Below are positions 52,935-62,330 of a stretch of 64,000 nt of DNA, in pieces (position 1 is the first letter of the stretch; each line of letters begins with the position of its first letter). This stretch comes from an uncultured Candidatus Saccharibacteria bacterium (GTDB lineage: Bacteria > Patescibacteriota > Minisyncoccia > Phycocordibacterales > JACOZG01). Where the stretch lies: contig CAYICB010000002.1 in assembly GCA_964361825.1 (NCBI GenBank), forward strand, positions 5,845 to 69,844, written 5' to 3'. The translations under genes were made by a program, and so were the position numbers. The notes under the pieces were generated by a model. The model was not told the DNA's origin, did no database searches, and worked only from the letters and a program-made list of their open reading frames with translations.

Positions 52935-53666
52935 GTGAACACAAACCAAGAAAGGACGCGAGAAATTTTTCGAGGGTCTTTTGAGGAATGCCTTGAGCAC
53001 TACAGTCGGGGTATCGAAGAGGAGGCACCAAAGTTTTCCAACAAAGCCAATGATGCAAGAAGGCCTCTAGCCAACTTCTGCTCTGTAGAAGTCAGCTGTG
53101 TCTATAATTGGCTGAGGGGAAAAACGTGCCCAACAGGAGAGCCCCGCCTAAAGACCACCTGCTTTCTCGATCTCCATGGCTACCGAATAGTTGAGTTCGA
53201 AAATCTCGAGCCAACTATTCGCCACTTTGGAGAGTTGTGGGGGTATGGAGTTTTAGATAGAGCTCAGGTCACAAGAATCCTTGCCTATGTCATGGACCAC
53301 GCCGTGTTTCGGGTCATTAACGGCAGAGAGTCCGTTGGCCAAGAACGAAAAGAAAGGATGTGGAAAACTTGGCTTGAGAACAAAAAGGCACTGAAAACCA
53401 AAAAAGAGGAGTGGCTCGTACTTTTAGGCCTTGACGCCTTAAAGCCAAACACGGTAGCCATCGCAACGGCCAAAACGGCGACCGCACTAACCTCTCTATT
53501 GGAGCTTTGCAAACCGTCAGATTTTTCCGCAGAAGATCGCGTTTTGTTGTCTTCATTACATGATCAACTGAACAGGTTTTCTTCGGAATCTCTGGGGGTG
53601 GAAAAATTCTACCCCCCAAAACTGATTACCAGTGATGAGGGGGTGGTGCATGAAACAGCAGTATGA
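52935..53666 (+). CDS. hypothetical protein (first gene of a three-gene operon)
   Basis: 243 aa, no recognisable family. Overlaps the next ORF. Confidence 0.4.
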   Translation: MNTNQERTREIFRGSFEECLEHYSRGIEEEAPKFSNKANDARRPLANFCSVEVSCVYNWLRGKTCPTGEPRLKTTCFLDLHGYRIVEFENLEPTIRHFGELWGYGVLDRAQVTRILAYVMDHAVFRVINGRESVGQERKERMWKTWLENKKALKTKKEEWLVLLGLDALKPNTVAIATAKTATALTSLLELCKPSDFSAEDRVLLSSLHDQLNRFSSESLGVEKFYPPKLITSDEGVVHETAV

Positions 53667-53916
53667 AGCAATGGTCGAGAAGGTGATCGCGAACGGTAAA
53701 CATGGTTCATATGCCGTTGCTACACATAAAAAACTGGGCAAAATCACCTTTTCCCTAGACCACAAAGTTTGGAAAGAGAAAGAAACTCCAGACGCAGGTA
53801 GTCTGGTAATTCTTCAGAGTGTTCGAAAGAAGCGCGCCGGTTGGCGTGCTGAACAAGCGCGGTTCTTCACACCAGAAGATCAGCAAACAGAAAAGAGAAA
53901 GGAAAACAGCGAATGA
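53632..53916 (+). CDS. hypothetical small protein
   Basis: 94 aa (or about 88 from MKQQY). Overlapping starts and stops suggest translational coupling. Confidence 0.35.
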   Translation: MMRGWCMKQQYEAMVEKVIANGKHGSYAVATHKKLGKITFSLDHKVWKEKETPDAGSLVILQSVRKKRAGWRAEQARFFTPEDQQTEKRKENSE

Positions 53917-54764
53917 ACGGGAATGCAGGGATGAAAACGAAAAAGACCGGTCGAACAATCAAGGTCAGGATCGACAATCTGGACATCAACCTCTTTGTGC
54001 GAGAGTCATTGGACCACGATCATGCCATCAAGATCGCTCTCATGATGGAGAATGGTGTGAAGTTCCAACCCATTCAAATCACAGAAGGTCTGGTGGTGGT
54101 TGATGGTCGCCACAGGATCGAAGCGCACAAAATCAATAACCAAACTGATATTTGGGCAGAGGTGGTGACGGTCGAAGGAGAGACTGACCTCATTAGAAGG
54201 GCGTATCTCGCCAATGTGGGTGGCGCCCTACCCCCAACCGTCGCTGACACGGAGCACACCATCCGCTTGTTGCTTGAGCGCCAAGTACCAAAAAAGCAAA
54301 TTGGGGAGTTACTCTCAATGCCTCCCGACCTAGCGAAAAGGTATGTGGACAATGTGCAATCTCGTCTGAATCGGGCAAAACTGATGAGGGCGGTGGAGGC
54401 GGTAACTCAAGGCGGTCTCAATGTTCCTCAAGCGGCAGAAAATCACGGGGTTGATCAAAAAAAACTTCGCGATTTCTTATCTGGCAACAAACGCAAGCAA
54501 AAGGTAAATGCCATCGAAGAAGTCAAGAAGGGACTCACCAGGAGCCACCAATCCTTGAGTTTGCGCAACGCCAATGTGTTCCGAACTCTTTTGAAAAAAG
54601 TTCAGGATGGGGACATCTCGTTCAAACAAGCAGAGGATGTTTTTGAGCACGTTGATCACATGCGCAAAAGCGCGGAGCGGGCTTTGAACGACTGGAAATC
54701 AAGGTTTCGCGCCCTCACGGCACCAGACAATGAAAACCCGATCGTGAAAAACAAAACCGCTTAG
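53913..54764 (+). CDS. ParB/Srx-like nuclease-domain protein
   Basis: IKVRIDNLDINLFVRESLD..., GLVVVDGRHRIEAHK match the ParB N-terminal (ParBc) domain including the DGxHR box. C-terminal helical region. No adjacent ParA. Confidence 0.6.
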   Translation: MNGNAGMKTKKTGRTIKVRIDNLDINLFVRESLDHDHAIKIALMMENGVKFQPIQITEGLVVVDGRHRIEAHKINNQTDIWAEVVTVEGETDLIRRAYLANVGGALPPTVADTEHTIRLLLERQVPKKQIGELLSMPPDLAKRYVDNVQSRLNRAKLMRAVEAVTQGGLNVPQAAENHGVDQKKLRDFLSGNKRKQKVNAIEEVKKGLTRSHQSLSLRNANVFRTLLKKVQDGDISFKQAEDVFEHVDHMRKSAERALNDWKSRFRALTAPDNENPIVKNKTA

Positions 54765-54800
54765 CGTGATGAAACGCAACACACAATAACTCCTAACAAT

Positions 54801-54838
54801 TCCCCGTGGTCTGCGGACTGCGGGGGATTTTTTTGTCT
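54801..54838 (+). terminator. rho-independent terminator (CCCCG...CGGGG plus T7)
   Basis: GC stem followed by GATTTTTTTG after the ParB-like gene. A second hairpin (AACCACTC...GAGTGGTT, 54856-54888) lies downstream of the convergent RelE gene. Confidence 0.55.
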
Positions 54839-54891
54839 CAAAAAAGATAAAATGAACCACTCCGCACCGAAAATACAGAGTGGTTAGTTGC

Positions 54892-55152
54892 TTAGCGATA
54901 AGTGTGGTCCGACTTTCGCTCAATGTCGGTGACTTTGATCAACTTTTCGTTCACCAAAACAACATAAGTAATTCGGTATTCACCAACACGGCGGCGCCAA
55001 GTGTCGATTTCGCCCTTAACTTTCCTGATGTCACCAAAATAAGGATCCTCTATTATATCCTCCAAAACTAAAAGTATTTTGCCGGCACTACTTTTTGGCA
55101 AACGCTTTAGACTTTTTTGAGCCTGATCGGCGATGTGAATTAGCCAACTCAT
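54892..55152 (-). CDS. RelE/ParE-family toxin
   Basis: 86 aa. GEYRITYVVLVNEKLIKVTDIERKSDHTY matches the RelE consensus (GdYRiiY......i.Vl.ihRkdiY). Confidence 0.7.
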   Translation of the reverse strand: MSWLIHIADQAQKSLKRLPKSSAGKILLVLEDIIEDPYFGDIRKVKGEIDTWRRRVGEYRITYVVLVNEKLIKVTDIERKSDHTYR

Positions 55153-55285
55153 TTTTTAATTGAGTTAAAGATACATAATTACCGCAGTTGATTTCTGTCA
55201 ATCCACGCTCATGTCGCCGCCGTTCAGCAGGAGTAAATTCCTCGAGAGCTATCGCAATTTTTTTAACCAATAAAGCATTTTTCAC
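55088..55285 (-). CDS. putative antitoxin of the RelE module (overlaps toxin start by 64 nt in another frame)
   Basis: 65-aa ORF (GTG start) immediately upstream of and overlapping the toxin. Family not recognised. Confidence 0.35.
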   Translation of the reverse strand: MKNALLVKKIAIALEEFTPAERRRHERGLTEINCGNYVSLTQLKNELANSHRRSGSKKSKAFAKK

Positions 55286-55340
55286 GCTTTCAATGTTAGC
55301 ACATTTTCTCTTTTTACAAAACTATATTAATATACCTAGC

Positions 55341-55892
55341 ATGCACAGCTTAAGTGGATTTAAAGAAAAGGTTAAAGGAGTAGAAGATTGGCTCCGGCGG
55401 GAGCTTAGTGGGATCAGAACCGGTCGCGCCACGCCGGCTATTTTGGACGGCGTAATGGTTAAGGCTTATGGCGGCGAGCGTTTGCCTGTCTCTCACTTGG
55501 CGAGTGTGGCGGTGGAGGATGCCCGCACTTTGCGCGTAACCCCGTGGGATAAGGCGCAAGTGAAAGAAATTGAAATCGCCATTGGAACAGCCAATCTCGG
55601 GGTCTCGGTGGCGGCCGATGGTTCTGGTTTGCGCATCATCTTCCCCTCGCTCACAGAAGAAAATCGCGGTACTTTGGTCAAACTTGTGAGTAAAAAATTA
55701 GAGGAGGCGCGGATCAGTTTGCGCCGCGAGCGCGAAGAAGTGTGGAATGAAATTCAAGACAAAGAAAAAACGGGGGAGATTAGTGAAGATGCCAAATTTA
55801 AAGGCAAAACAGAATTGCAAAAACTAGTTGACGAAGCCAATGCCGGATTGGAGAAAGTTGCCGCGACTAAAGAGACGGAAATTAGGGGCTAA
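55341..55892 (+). CDS. frr: ribosome recycling factor (start at internal ATG 55341)
   Basis: RRF fold motifs (LSGIRTGRATPAILD, EENRGTLVKL, LRREREEV). The upstream in-frame extension overlaps the TA module and is unlikely to be translated. Confidence 0.9.
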   Translation: MHSLSGFKEKVKGVEDWLRRELSGIRTGRATPAILDGVMVKAYGGERLPVSHLASVAVEDARTLRVTPWDKAQVKEIEIAIGTANLGVSVAADGSGLRIIFPSLTEENRGTLVKLVSKKLEEARISLRREREEVWNEIQDKEKTGEISEDAKFKGKTELQKLVDEANAGLEKVAATKETEIRG

Positions 55893-55916
55893 AAAACTAA
55901 ATAGCTAAATAACTAA

Positions 55917-57038
55917 ATGTCTATAATTATTTTTATCATCATTCTCGGGATTCTCATTTTTTCTCACGAGTTGGGGCACTTCTTGGCGGCCAAAAGGGTA
56001 GGGGCGCGCGTAGATGAGTTTGGCCTCGGCTTCCCGCCACGCGTGTGGGGCATAAAGCGCGGCGAAACTATTTATTCTATCAACTGGCTACCGTTTGGTG
56101 GTTTTGTGAAAATTTTTGGCGAGGATCCTGAACCTGTGGATGTCAGACATCCTCAAGAACAAAACAGGAGTCTCGCGTATAAACCCAAATATCAGCAAGC
56201 GATTGTGCTGGTGGCGGGAGTAACCTGCAATATCATTCTCGCCTGGCTCTTAATGACGCTCGGCTTTGCCACCGTGGGCCTGCCCACCTCCGAGAGCGAA
56301 GTGGGTGATAAATACCAAATTAAAAACGCCGCACTGATGGTGACGGCGGTTTTGCCCGAGTCACCAGCCAGTGAGGCTGGGCTTAAAGCAGGCGACAAAA
56401 TTCTTTCTCTCACTTCAAGCGATGGCGTGGAGGTGCTCCAAACACCGAGTGGCGAAGTGGCGCGTGAGTTTATTGCCAAATCTACCGGACCAATTGGTCT
56501 TAAGTATGAAGCGACGAACGGCGAAATCAAAGAGGTAAATGTAACCGCCACCCCCGGCCTAATTGCTAATGAACCAGAAAAACCGGCCATTGGTATTGGC
56601 CTTGAGCGCGTGGGCTTGCTCCGCTTACCACTCTATCTCGCGCCTATCGAGGGTGCACGCGCCACGCTTAATCTTACTCTCGGCACCGCGGGCGGTTTTT
56701 ATCAATTAATTTCTAGTCTCATTAAGGGTGATCGAACAATTCTTGGCCAAATTACTGGCCCAGTGGGCCTCGCTGGTATGGTGGGCGATGCCAAAGGCTT
56801 AGGCTTGGCTTATTTGATTTCTTTTACCGCCTTAATTTCGATCAATTTGGCTATTTTAAATTTAATTCCTTTTCCGGCGCTCGATGGCGGTCGCCTCCTT
56901 TTCCTCTTAATCGAGAAAATAAAAGGCTCACCAATCACGCCAAAAGTCGCCAATACCGCTAACCTGATTGGTTTCGCTTTGCTTATTTTGCTCATGCTCG
57001 CCGTAACTTACAAAGACATTGTGCGCCTCGTAAGCTAA
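55917..57038 (+). CDS. rseP: RIP metalloprotease RseP (site-2 protease)
   Basis: HELGHFLAAK zinc motif, PDZ domain, C-terminal LDGG motif. Confidence 0.85.
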   Translation: MSIIIFIIILGILIFSHELGHFLAAKRVGARVDEFGLGFPPRVWGIKRGETIYSINWLPFGGFVKIFGEDPEPVDVRHPQEQNRSLAYKPKYQQAIVLVAGVTCNIILAWLLMTLGFATVGLPTSESEVGDKYQIKNAALMVTAVLPESPASEAGLKAGDKILSLTSSDGVEVLQTPSGEVAREFIAKSTGPIGLKYEATNGEIKEVNVTATPGLIANEPEKPAIGIGLERVGLLRLPLYLAPIEGARATLNLTLGTAGGFYQLISSLIKGDRTILGQITGPVGLAGMVGDAKGLGLAYLISFTALISINLAILNLIPFPALDGGRLLFLLIEKIKGSPITPKVANTANLIGFALLILLMLAVTYKDIVRLVS

Positions 57039-57050
57039 GTTATAATAAAA

Positions 57051-57308
57051 GTGATGAAAAAAGCCGAGAAAAAAATTACACTAGAAAGTTTGGCCGGAAA
57101 AGTAGAGACCCTATCTACCAAAGTAACGACATTAAGCACCACTATGGCTAAGGGATTTAAAGAAGTAAATAAATCAATCGAGGATTTAGCCCGAGCTACA
57201 GCCAAGGGTTTTGCAGAAACGGCCACCAAAGAAGAGTTGCGGGGAGTAACTGAACAATTATCTAGTCTAGAAAATCGCTTGGCCGAAGTAGAATTAATCT
57301 CACGATAA
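57051..57308 (+). CDS. hypothetical small coiled-coil protein
   Basis: 85 aa with heptad-like repeats; no family recognised. Confidence 0.3.
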   Translation: MMKKAEKKITLESLAGKVETLSTKVTTLSTTMAKGFKEVNKSIEDLARATAKGFAETATKEELRGVTEQLSSLENRLAEVELISR

Positions 57309-57352
57309 AAAATTTAGTTGCGGATTAACCGTTTTTTCAGTAAGATTGGGCG

Positions 57353-58582
57353 ATGATGCGTCAATCGCAATTGTTTGCCCATCCTCGCAAAGAGGCGCCA
57401 AAAGATGAGGTGGCCAAAAACGCCTCGCTTTTACTCCGCGCCAGCTATATCAATAAAGAAATGGCCGGTGTTTACTCTTATTTACCTTTGGGTTTGCGGG
57501 TGTTGAAAAAGATTGAAAACTTAATTCGCGAGGAGATGAACAAACTCGGCGCGCAAGAGGTTCTTTTGCCCTCTTTACAACCAAAAGAAAATTGGCAGAA
57601 AACCGGCCGCTGGGACACCATGGATGATCTCTACAAAATCCGCGATTCGAGCGACCGTGAGTTGGCACTTGGTCCAACCCATGAAGAAGTGGTTACTCCC
57701 TTAATCGGTCAATTTTTAAATTCATATCAAGATTTTCCTCTCGCGGTTTATCAATTCCAAAATAAATTCCGGATGGAGAAGCGCGCCAAGTCCGGCCTCT
57801 TGCGTGGGCGTGAGTTTATGATGAAGGATCTCTACTCCTTCCATCGCGATGAGGCTGATTTAAACCCTTTTTATGAGCGCGTAATTACCGCGTATCAAAA
57901 CATTTTTAATGCTGTTGGTCTTGGCGAGAAAACCTATTTAACCCTCGCTTCTGGTGGCGCTTTCAGCGAAGAATTTTCCCATGAATTCCAAACAATTACC
58001 GAGTCTGGAGAAGACACTGTTCACTTGTGCGAAACCTGTAAACTGGCAATCAATGACGAAATTTTCGACAAACAAAAGAATTGTCCCAAGTGTGGTAGCA
58101 ACAAACTCGAAACAAAAAAGTCGATTGAGGTTGGTAATATTTTCAAACTCGGGACCAAGTATACTGATGCTTTTACGGTAAATTATAAAAACGAAACAGG
58201 GGAGACCAAACGACCAATTATGGGTTGTTACGGTCTTGGTCTGGGCCGATTGATGGGCACCGTGGCCGAGGTGTTAAGTGATGAAAATGGCTTAGTGTGG
58301 CCGCAAAATATCGCTTCTCATGATCTACATCTCATTGAGCTGGGGGTGCAAAACCCCGCTCTGCTCGAAAGTTTAGAGAAAGCTGGGGTAGAAATTTTGC
58401 TTGACGATCGCGACAAGCGAGCGGGGGAAAAATTTGCCGAAGCGGATCTCTTGGGTTTGCCTTGGCGTCTCGTCATTAGTGAGAAGAGTAATGATGGTCA
58501 CTGGGAGCTAAAAAATCGCCGTAGTGGAGAAATTCTAACCCTCAAAGATGCTTCAGAAATTTTACGAACTATTCAGAAATGA
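57353..58582 (+). CDS. proS: prolyl-tRNA synthetase (short form without INS editing domain)
   Basis: Class II motifs; 409 aa; anticodon-binding C-terminus. Confidence 0.9.
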   Translation: MMRQSQLFAHPRKEAPKDEVAKNASLLLRASYINKEMAGVYSYLPLGLRVLKKIENLIREEMNKLGAQEVLLPSLQPKENWQKTGRWDTMDDLYKIRDSSDRELALGPTHEEVVTPLIGQFLNSYQDFPLAVYQFQNKFRMEKRAKSGLLRGREFMMKDLYSFHRDEADLNPFYERVITAYQNIFNAVGLGEKTYLTLASGGAFSEEFSHEFQTITESGEDTVHLCETCKLAINDEIFDKQKNCPKCGSNKLETKKSIEVGNIFKLGTKYTDAFTVNYKNETGETKRPIMGCYGLGLGRLMGTVAEVLSDENGLVWPQNIASHDLHLIELGVQNPALLESLEKAGVEILLDDRDKRAGEKFAEADLLGLPWRLVISEKSNDGHWELKNRRSGEILTLKDASEILRTIQK

Positions 58583-59603
58583 TATCGGGATCGATCTCGG
58601 TACCGCCAACACCTTAATTTATCTTAAGGGTCACGGTATCGTGGTTAATGAGCCGTCAATTGTGGCTCTAAACCAGAAAACTGGCCAATTAGTTGCCATT
58701 GGCAATGATGCCAAACAAATGGTTGGTCGCACGCCGGGCCACATTGCGATTGCTCGCCCCTTAGTAGACGGGGTGATTTCTAATTTTGAAGTCACCGAAG
58801 AAATGTTGGCTTACTTTTTGCGCAAAGTGAATAAATTAGAAGCGCGCAAATTCTTGCGCCCGCGCGTGGTAATTGGTGTGCCATCGGGAATTACCAATGT
58901 AGAAATCCGCGCCGTGCGCGACGCCGCGCGATCAGCCGGCGCAGGGGAGATCCATATTATAGAAGAGCCCATGGCTGCAGCTATTGGTATCCGCCTACCA
59001 ATTACCGAGCCGGTGGGCACCATGGTGGTAGATATTGGCGGTGGCACCACCGATGTGGCCGTAATTTCTTTGGGCGGCGTGGTGCAATCGCGCAATGTGC
59101 GCATTGCTGGTGATAAATTAAATCAAGATATTATTGCTTATATTCGAGATGAGTTTAAAATTCTGTTGGGAGAAAAAACGGCCGAGGAGGTAAAAATTGC
59201 GATTGGTGCCGTAACACCTCAAAGCGAGCCTTTAGAGGCGGCCATTCGCGGACGCGATTTAGTAACCGGTTTGCCCAAAGAAGTGATTATTACGGATGCT
59301 GATATTAAAGAAGCAATTACTCCCGCCATCTCCCACTTGGTTGAGGCAATCAAAGAAGTCCTCGAAACCACCCCGCCAGAAGTGGTGGCCGATATTATGC
59401 ATAAAGGAATTGTGTTTGTGGGTGGCGGTTCTTTACTCCAAGGACTAACTGAATTAATGGAAACGGAGCTTAAGATTCCCGTTTTTATTGCTCCCGACCC
59501 CCTTACGGCAGTGGTCCGAGGCACCGGTTTAATTTTAGAAAATCTAATCAAATATAAAGATATTTTAATCACTGATGAACACCATTTACCCCCAGCCGAA
59601 TAA
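58548..59603 (+). CDS. mreB: rod shape-determining protein MreB (copy 2)
   Basis: NDIGIDLGTANTLIY, DIGGGTTD. Followed by mreC-mreD-mrdA. Confidence 0.85.
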   Translation: MLQKFYELFRNDIGIDLGTANTLIYLKGHGIVVNEPSIVALNQKTGQLVAIGNDAKQMVGRTPGHIAIARPLVDGVISNFEVTEEMLAYFLRKVNKLEARKFLRPRVVIGVPSGITNVEIRAVRDAARSAGAGEIHIIEEPMAAAIGIRLPITEPVGTMVVDIGGGTTDVAVISLGGVVQSRNVRIAGDKLNQDIIAYIRDEFKILLGEKTAEEVKIAIGAVTPQSEPLEAAIRGRDLVTGLPKEVIITDADIKEAITPAISHLVEAIKEVLETTPPEVVADIMHKGIVFVGGGSLLQGLTELMETELKIPVFIAPDPLTAVVRGTGLILENLIKYKDILITDEHHLPPAE

Positions 59604-60375
59604 ACGCCATTCAGCCCGTTTTTGGCCCAAAATTGGCTTAGGAGTTTTTCTGTGTTTTTTGATTTTGACCCCCTTTGGCCGCCGGTTTACCACCCAACTT
59701 TTTAATCCTCTATTAAAAACTAATTCTTTGGTGGGACAAAAAATTTCTAGCTTTTTAAATTATTTCGCTAGCAAAAAAACACTCTCTCAAGAAAATGTTC
59801 GACTCACGGTGGCTCTCAATCAAGCCCAAGCTCAAGCCGCCCTCTACCAAGCCCTAAAACAAGAAAACGAAACCCTAAGAGCCGTTTTAGGAAAAAAACC
59901 AGACACCGCTAACTTTGTTTTAGCCCAAGTTTTGCACCGACCCAATCAATCACCTTACGACACGCTAATTGTGGATCTCGGTCAAAATAATTCTACTCAA
60001 GCCATTCGGGCCGGCGCCTCCGTAACCATTGAGGGCGAGTGGTTAATTGGCGAGGTGGCCGCCGTCTACAGTGAGACTGCCAAGGTGGGCTTGTTTTCTG
60101 GTGCAAATCGCGAGCTCCCCGTAACCCTCGGCGAAAGTGGTATTACTGTTTTAGCCCAAGGGCGCGGTGGAGGAAACTTTTTAGTCGAACTGCCTCGTGG
60201 TGTGGTGGTTGAACCTGGTATGCTGGTTAAAACCGTGCGCAATCATAAAGTCTGGCCCATTGGTTTGGTGGCCCAAGTACGAGGCGATCCAAGCGACGCC
60301 TTCCAAACGGTCCTCTTCAAAAATCCGGTGAATGTGTATGAAATTGGTCGAGTCGAAATTGTGAGCGAATCATGA
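59575..60375 (+). CDS. mreC: rod shape-determining protein MreC
   Basis: N-terminal TM helix, coiled-coil region, beta-domain motifs (GLVAQV..); operon position after mreB. Confidence 0.65.
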   Translation: MNTIYPQPNKRHSARFWPKIGLGVFLCFLILTPFGRRFTTQLFNPLLKTNSLVGQKISSFLNYFASKKTLSQENVRLTVALNQAQAQAALYQALKQENETLRAVLGKKPDTANFVLAQVLHRPNQSPYDTLIVDLGQNNSTQAIRAGASVTIEGEWLIGEVAAVYSETAKVGLFSGANRELPVTLGESGITVLAQGRGGGNFLVELPRGVVVEPGMLVKTVRNHKVWPIGLVAQVRGDPSDAFQTVLFKNPVNVYEIGRVEIVSES

Positions 60376-60647
60376 GCACCAAAATTAATATCAATTGGTG
60401 GTTGGGACCAATCGTCTTTTTGAGCTTTCTTAGTCTGCCGTGGTTTTTGTCTTTGGCTTTAATTTTGGTCGGTGTTTTTGGTTTCAAAAATTTTTGGCTA
60501 GCCTTACCGCTCGCCATTATTGGTGATTTGGCTTATGGCCTTGAGGGTTATGGTTGGTGGGGTTTTGGCTTTTGGTTTTCTCTTCTGACTCTCCTTAGTT
60601 TGGTCGTAAAAAAAATAGCAAACAATCTCTTAATTTTTCGTTCATGA
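60372..60647 (+). CDS. mreD: small membrane protein, possible MreD
   Basis: 91 aa with three TM helices; assignment rests on its position between mreC and mrdA only. Confidence 0.35.
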   Translation: MSTKININWWLGPIVFLSFLSLPWFLSLALILVGVFGFKNFWLALPLAIIGDLAYGLEGYGWWGFGFWFSLLTLLSLVVKKIANNLLIFRS

Positions 60648-62320
60648 AAAAACCGCTTTTAGAACTTGATCCAGACGAAGTCTTTATTGATTCTAGTAAT
60701 TTACCTGATTTTAATACCGCCAAACTAGAGGGCCAAATTGAGCGACCTTTAAACAAAAGAATGCTTTATGTGGTGATTTTTTGCTTAATGGTTGTCACGC
60801 TGATTTATCTTGGTCGCACTTTTTACTTACAAATCAATCGTGGACCAGCTTTTGCCCTCCGGAGCGAGAGTAATACCCTGCGCGAGTTAACCATCTTTGC
60901 CGAGCGGGGAGTAATTTACGATCGTCAAGGTAAACAGCTGGCCTGGAACGACCCCGATCGAGTATATCGTTCAGGCGAAGCCCTCGCTCATGTGCTGGGT
61001 TATGTGAGCTACCCCAAAGCAGAAGAATTAAATGGGGACCGTGATCCAAAAGATCTCATCGGTCGCGCAGGGAGCGAAAAGCTGTTTGATCACTGGCTGG
61101 CCGGAACTCACGGCCATAAAATTGAAGAAGTGGATGTGCGCGGCAAAATTCATTCTGACTATCTCTATCAAGAACCAAAAAACGGCAATGACCTTACGCT
61201 CTCTATCGACACCGAGGTGCAAGAAAAACTCTTTGAGTTAATAAAGGTTACGGCGGAAGAACGCGGTTTCCGGGGCGGTTCTGGCGTAATCCTTGATTTG
61301 CAAACCGGCGAACTTTTGGCCCTCACCAGTTACCCTAGTTATGATCCTGAAGTAATGTCTTCAGGTAAAGAAGCAGAAAAAATTAAAGAATTTCTCACTA
61401 ACCCGCGCACGCCTTTTCTCAATCGCGCCACGGCCGGTCTTTATCCACCCGGCTCAACTATCAAACCCATGATGGCCATCGCGGCGCTTAATGAAAAAAT
61501 TATTGTTCCGGAAACCCAAATTTTAAGCACTGGCTCATTAGTAATTCCTAATCCTTATAATCCAGATCAACCCTCAGTTTTCCGCGATTGGAAGGCGCAC
61601 GGTTTAGTAAATATGTGGCGAGCGCTGGCCATTTCATCAGATGTTTATTTTTATGAAATCGGCGGTGGGTTCAAAGACCAGCTCGGTTTAGGCATCAAAA
61701 AAATTGATGAATACGCCAAACTCTTTGGCTTGGCCCAAACTACCGGTTTCCCTCTTGAGGGTGAGGATTTGGGCACCATCCCCACACCAGAATGGAAAGA
61801 AAAAGTTTTTGGTGAGCCGTGGCGTTTGGGCAATACCTATCACACCGCCATTGGCCAATACGGCTTTCAGGTTACACCGCTCCAAATTACCCGAGCGATC
61901 GGCGCGATTGCGCGCGGGGCTTTAATCACCCCCACCATAGTAGCGGCAAATCAGGCCACCGAGGCCGAGGTCACCCCCATCGATATTCCAGAAGCTTATT
62001 TTAAAATTGTTCGTGAGGGCATGAGGCTCGCCGTGACCGAAGGCACGGCCTCCGGTTTAAGTGTGCCTTATGTAAAAATTGCGGCCAAAACCGGCACCGC
62101 CGAAATTGGTTCAGAAAAAAAAGAAACTCATTCTTGGATCACCGGCTTTTTCCCTTACGAAACGCCTCGCTACGCCTTTACCATCACAATGGAACGCGGG
62201 CCTAGCACCAATTTGATCGGTGGCGTATTTATTATGCGCCAACTCTTCGACTGGCTCAAAACACATAAACCAGAATATCTTGGTTTGCCGCCAATTGACC
62301 CCGAAGAAGAAATTGAGTAG
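60644..62320 (+). CDS. mrdA: penicillin-binding protein 2 (transpeptidase)
   Basis: N-terminal TM helix; SxxK motif in YPPGSTIKP; SxN and KTG (AKTGTAE) motifs. Confidence 0.85.
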   Translation: MKKPLLELDPDEVFIDSSNLPDFNTAKLEGQIERPLNKRMLYVVIFCLMVVTLIYLGRTFYLQINRGPAFALRSESNTLRELTIFAERGVIYDRQGKQLAWNDPDRVYRSGEALAHVLGYVSYPKAEELNGDRDPKDLIGRAGSEKLFDHWLAGTHGHKIEEVDVRGKIHSDYLYQEPKNGNDLTLSIDTEVQEKLFELIKVTAEERGFRGGSGVILDLQTGELLALTSYPSYDPEVMSSGKEAEKIKEFLTNPRTPFLNRATAGLYPPGSTIKPMMAIAALNEKIIVPETQILSTGSLVIPNPYNPDQPSVFRDWKAHGLVNMWRALAISSDVYFYEIGGGFKDQLGLGIKKIDEYAKLFGLAQTTGFPLEGEDLGTIPTPEWKEKVFGEPWRLGNTYHTAIGQYGFQVTPLQITRAIGAIARGALITPTIVAANQATEAEVTPIDIPEAYFKIVREGMRLAVTEGTASGLSVPYVKIAAKTGTAEIGSEKKETHSWITGFFPYETPRYAFTITMERGPSTNLIGGVFIMRQLFDWLKTHKPEYLGLPPIDPEEEIE

Positions 62321-62330
62321 AATACCCCCG

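Noticed and set aside
52828-55340. Integrase or tRNA attachment site delimiting the holB-frr island
   Set aside because: No tyrosine/serine recombinase ORF and no tRNA-like sequence at either border. The island interpretation rests on content and context only.
55188-55340. N-terminal 51-codon extension of frr in the ORF track
   Set aside because: The extension is low-complexity, overlaps the RelE/antitoxin locus on the other strand, and RRF homologues begin near MHSLSG; the start was moved to 55341.
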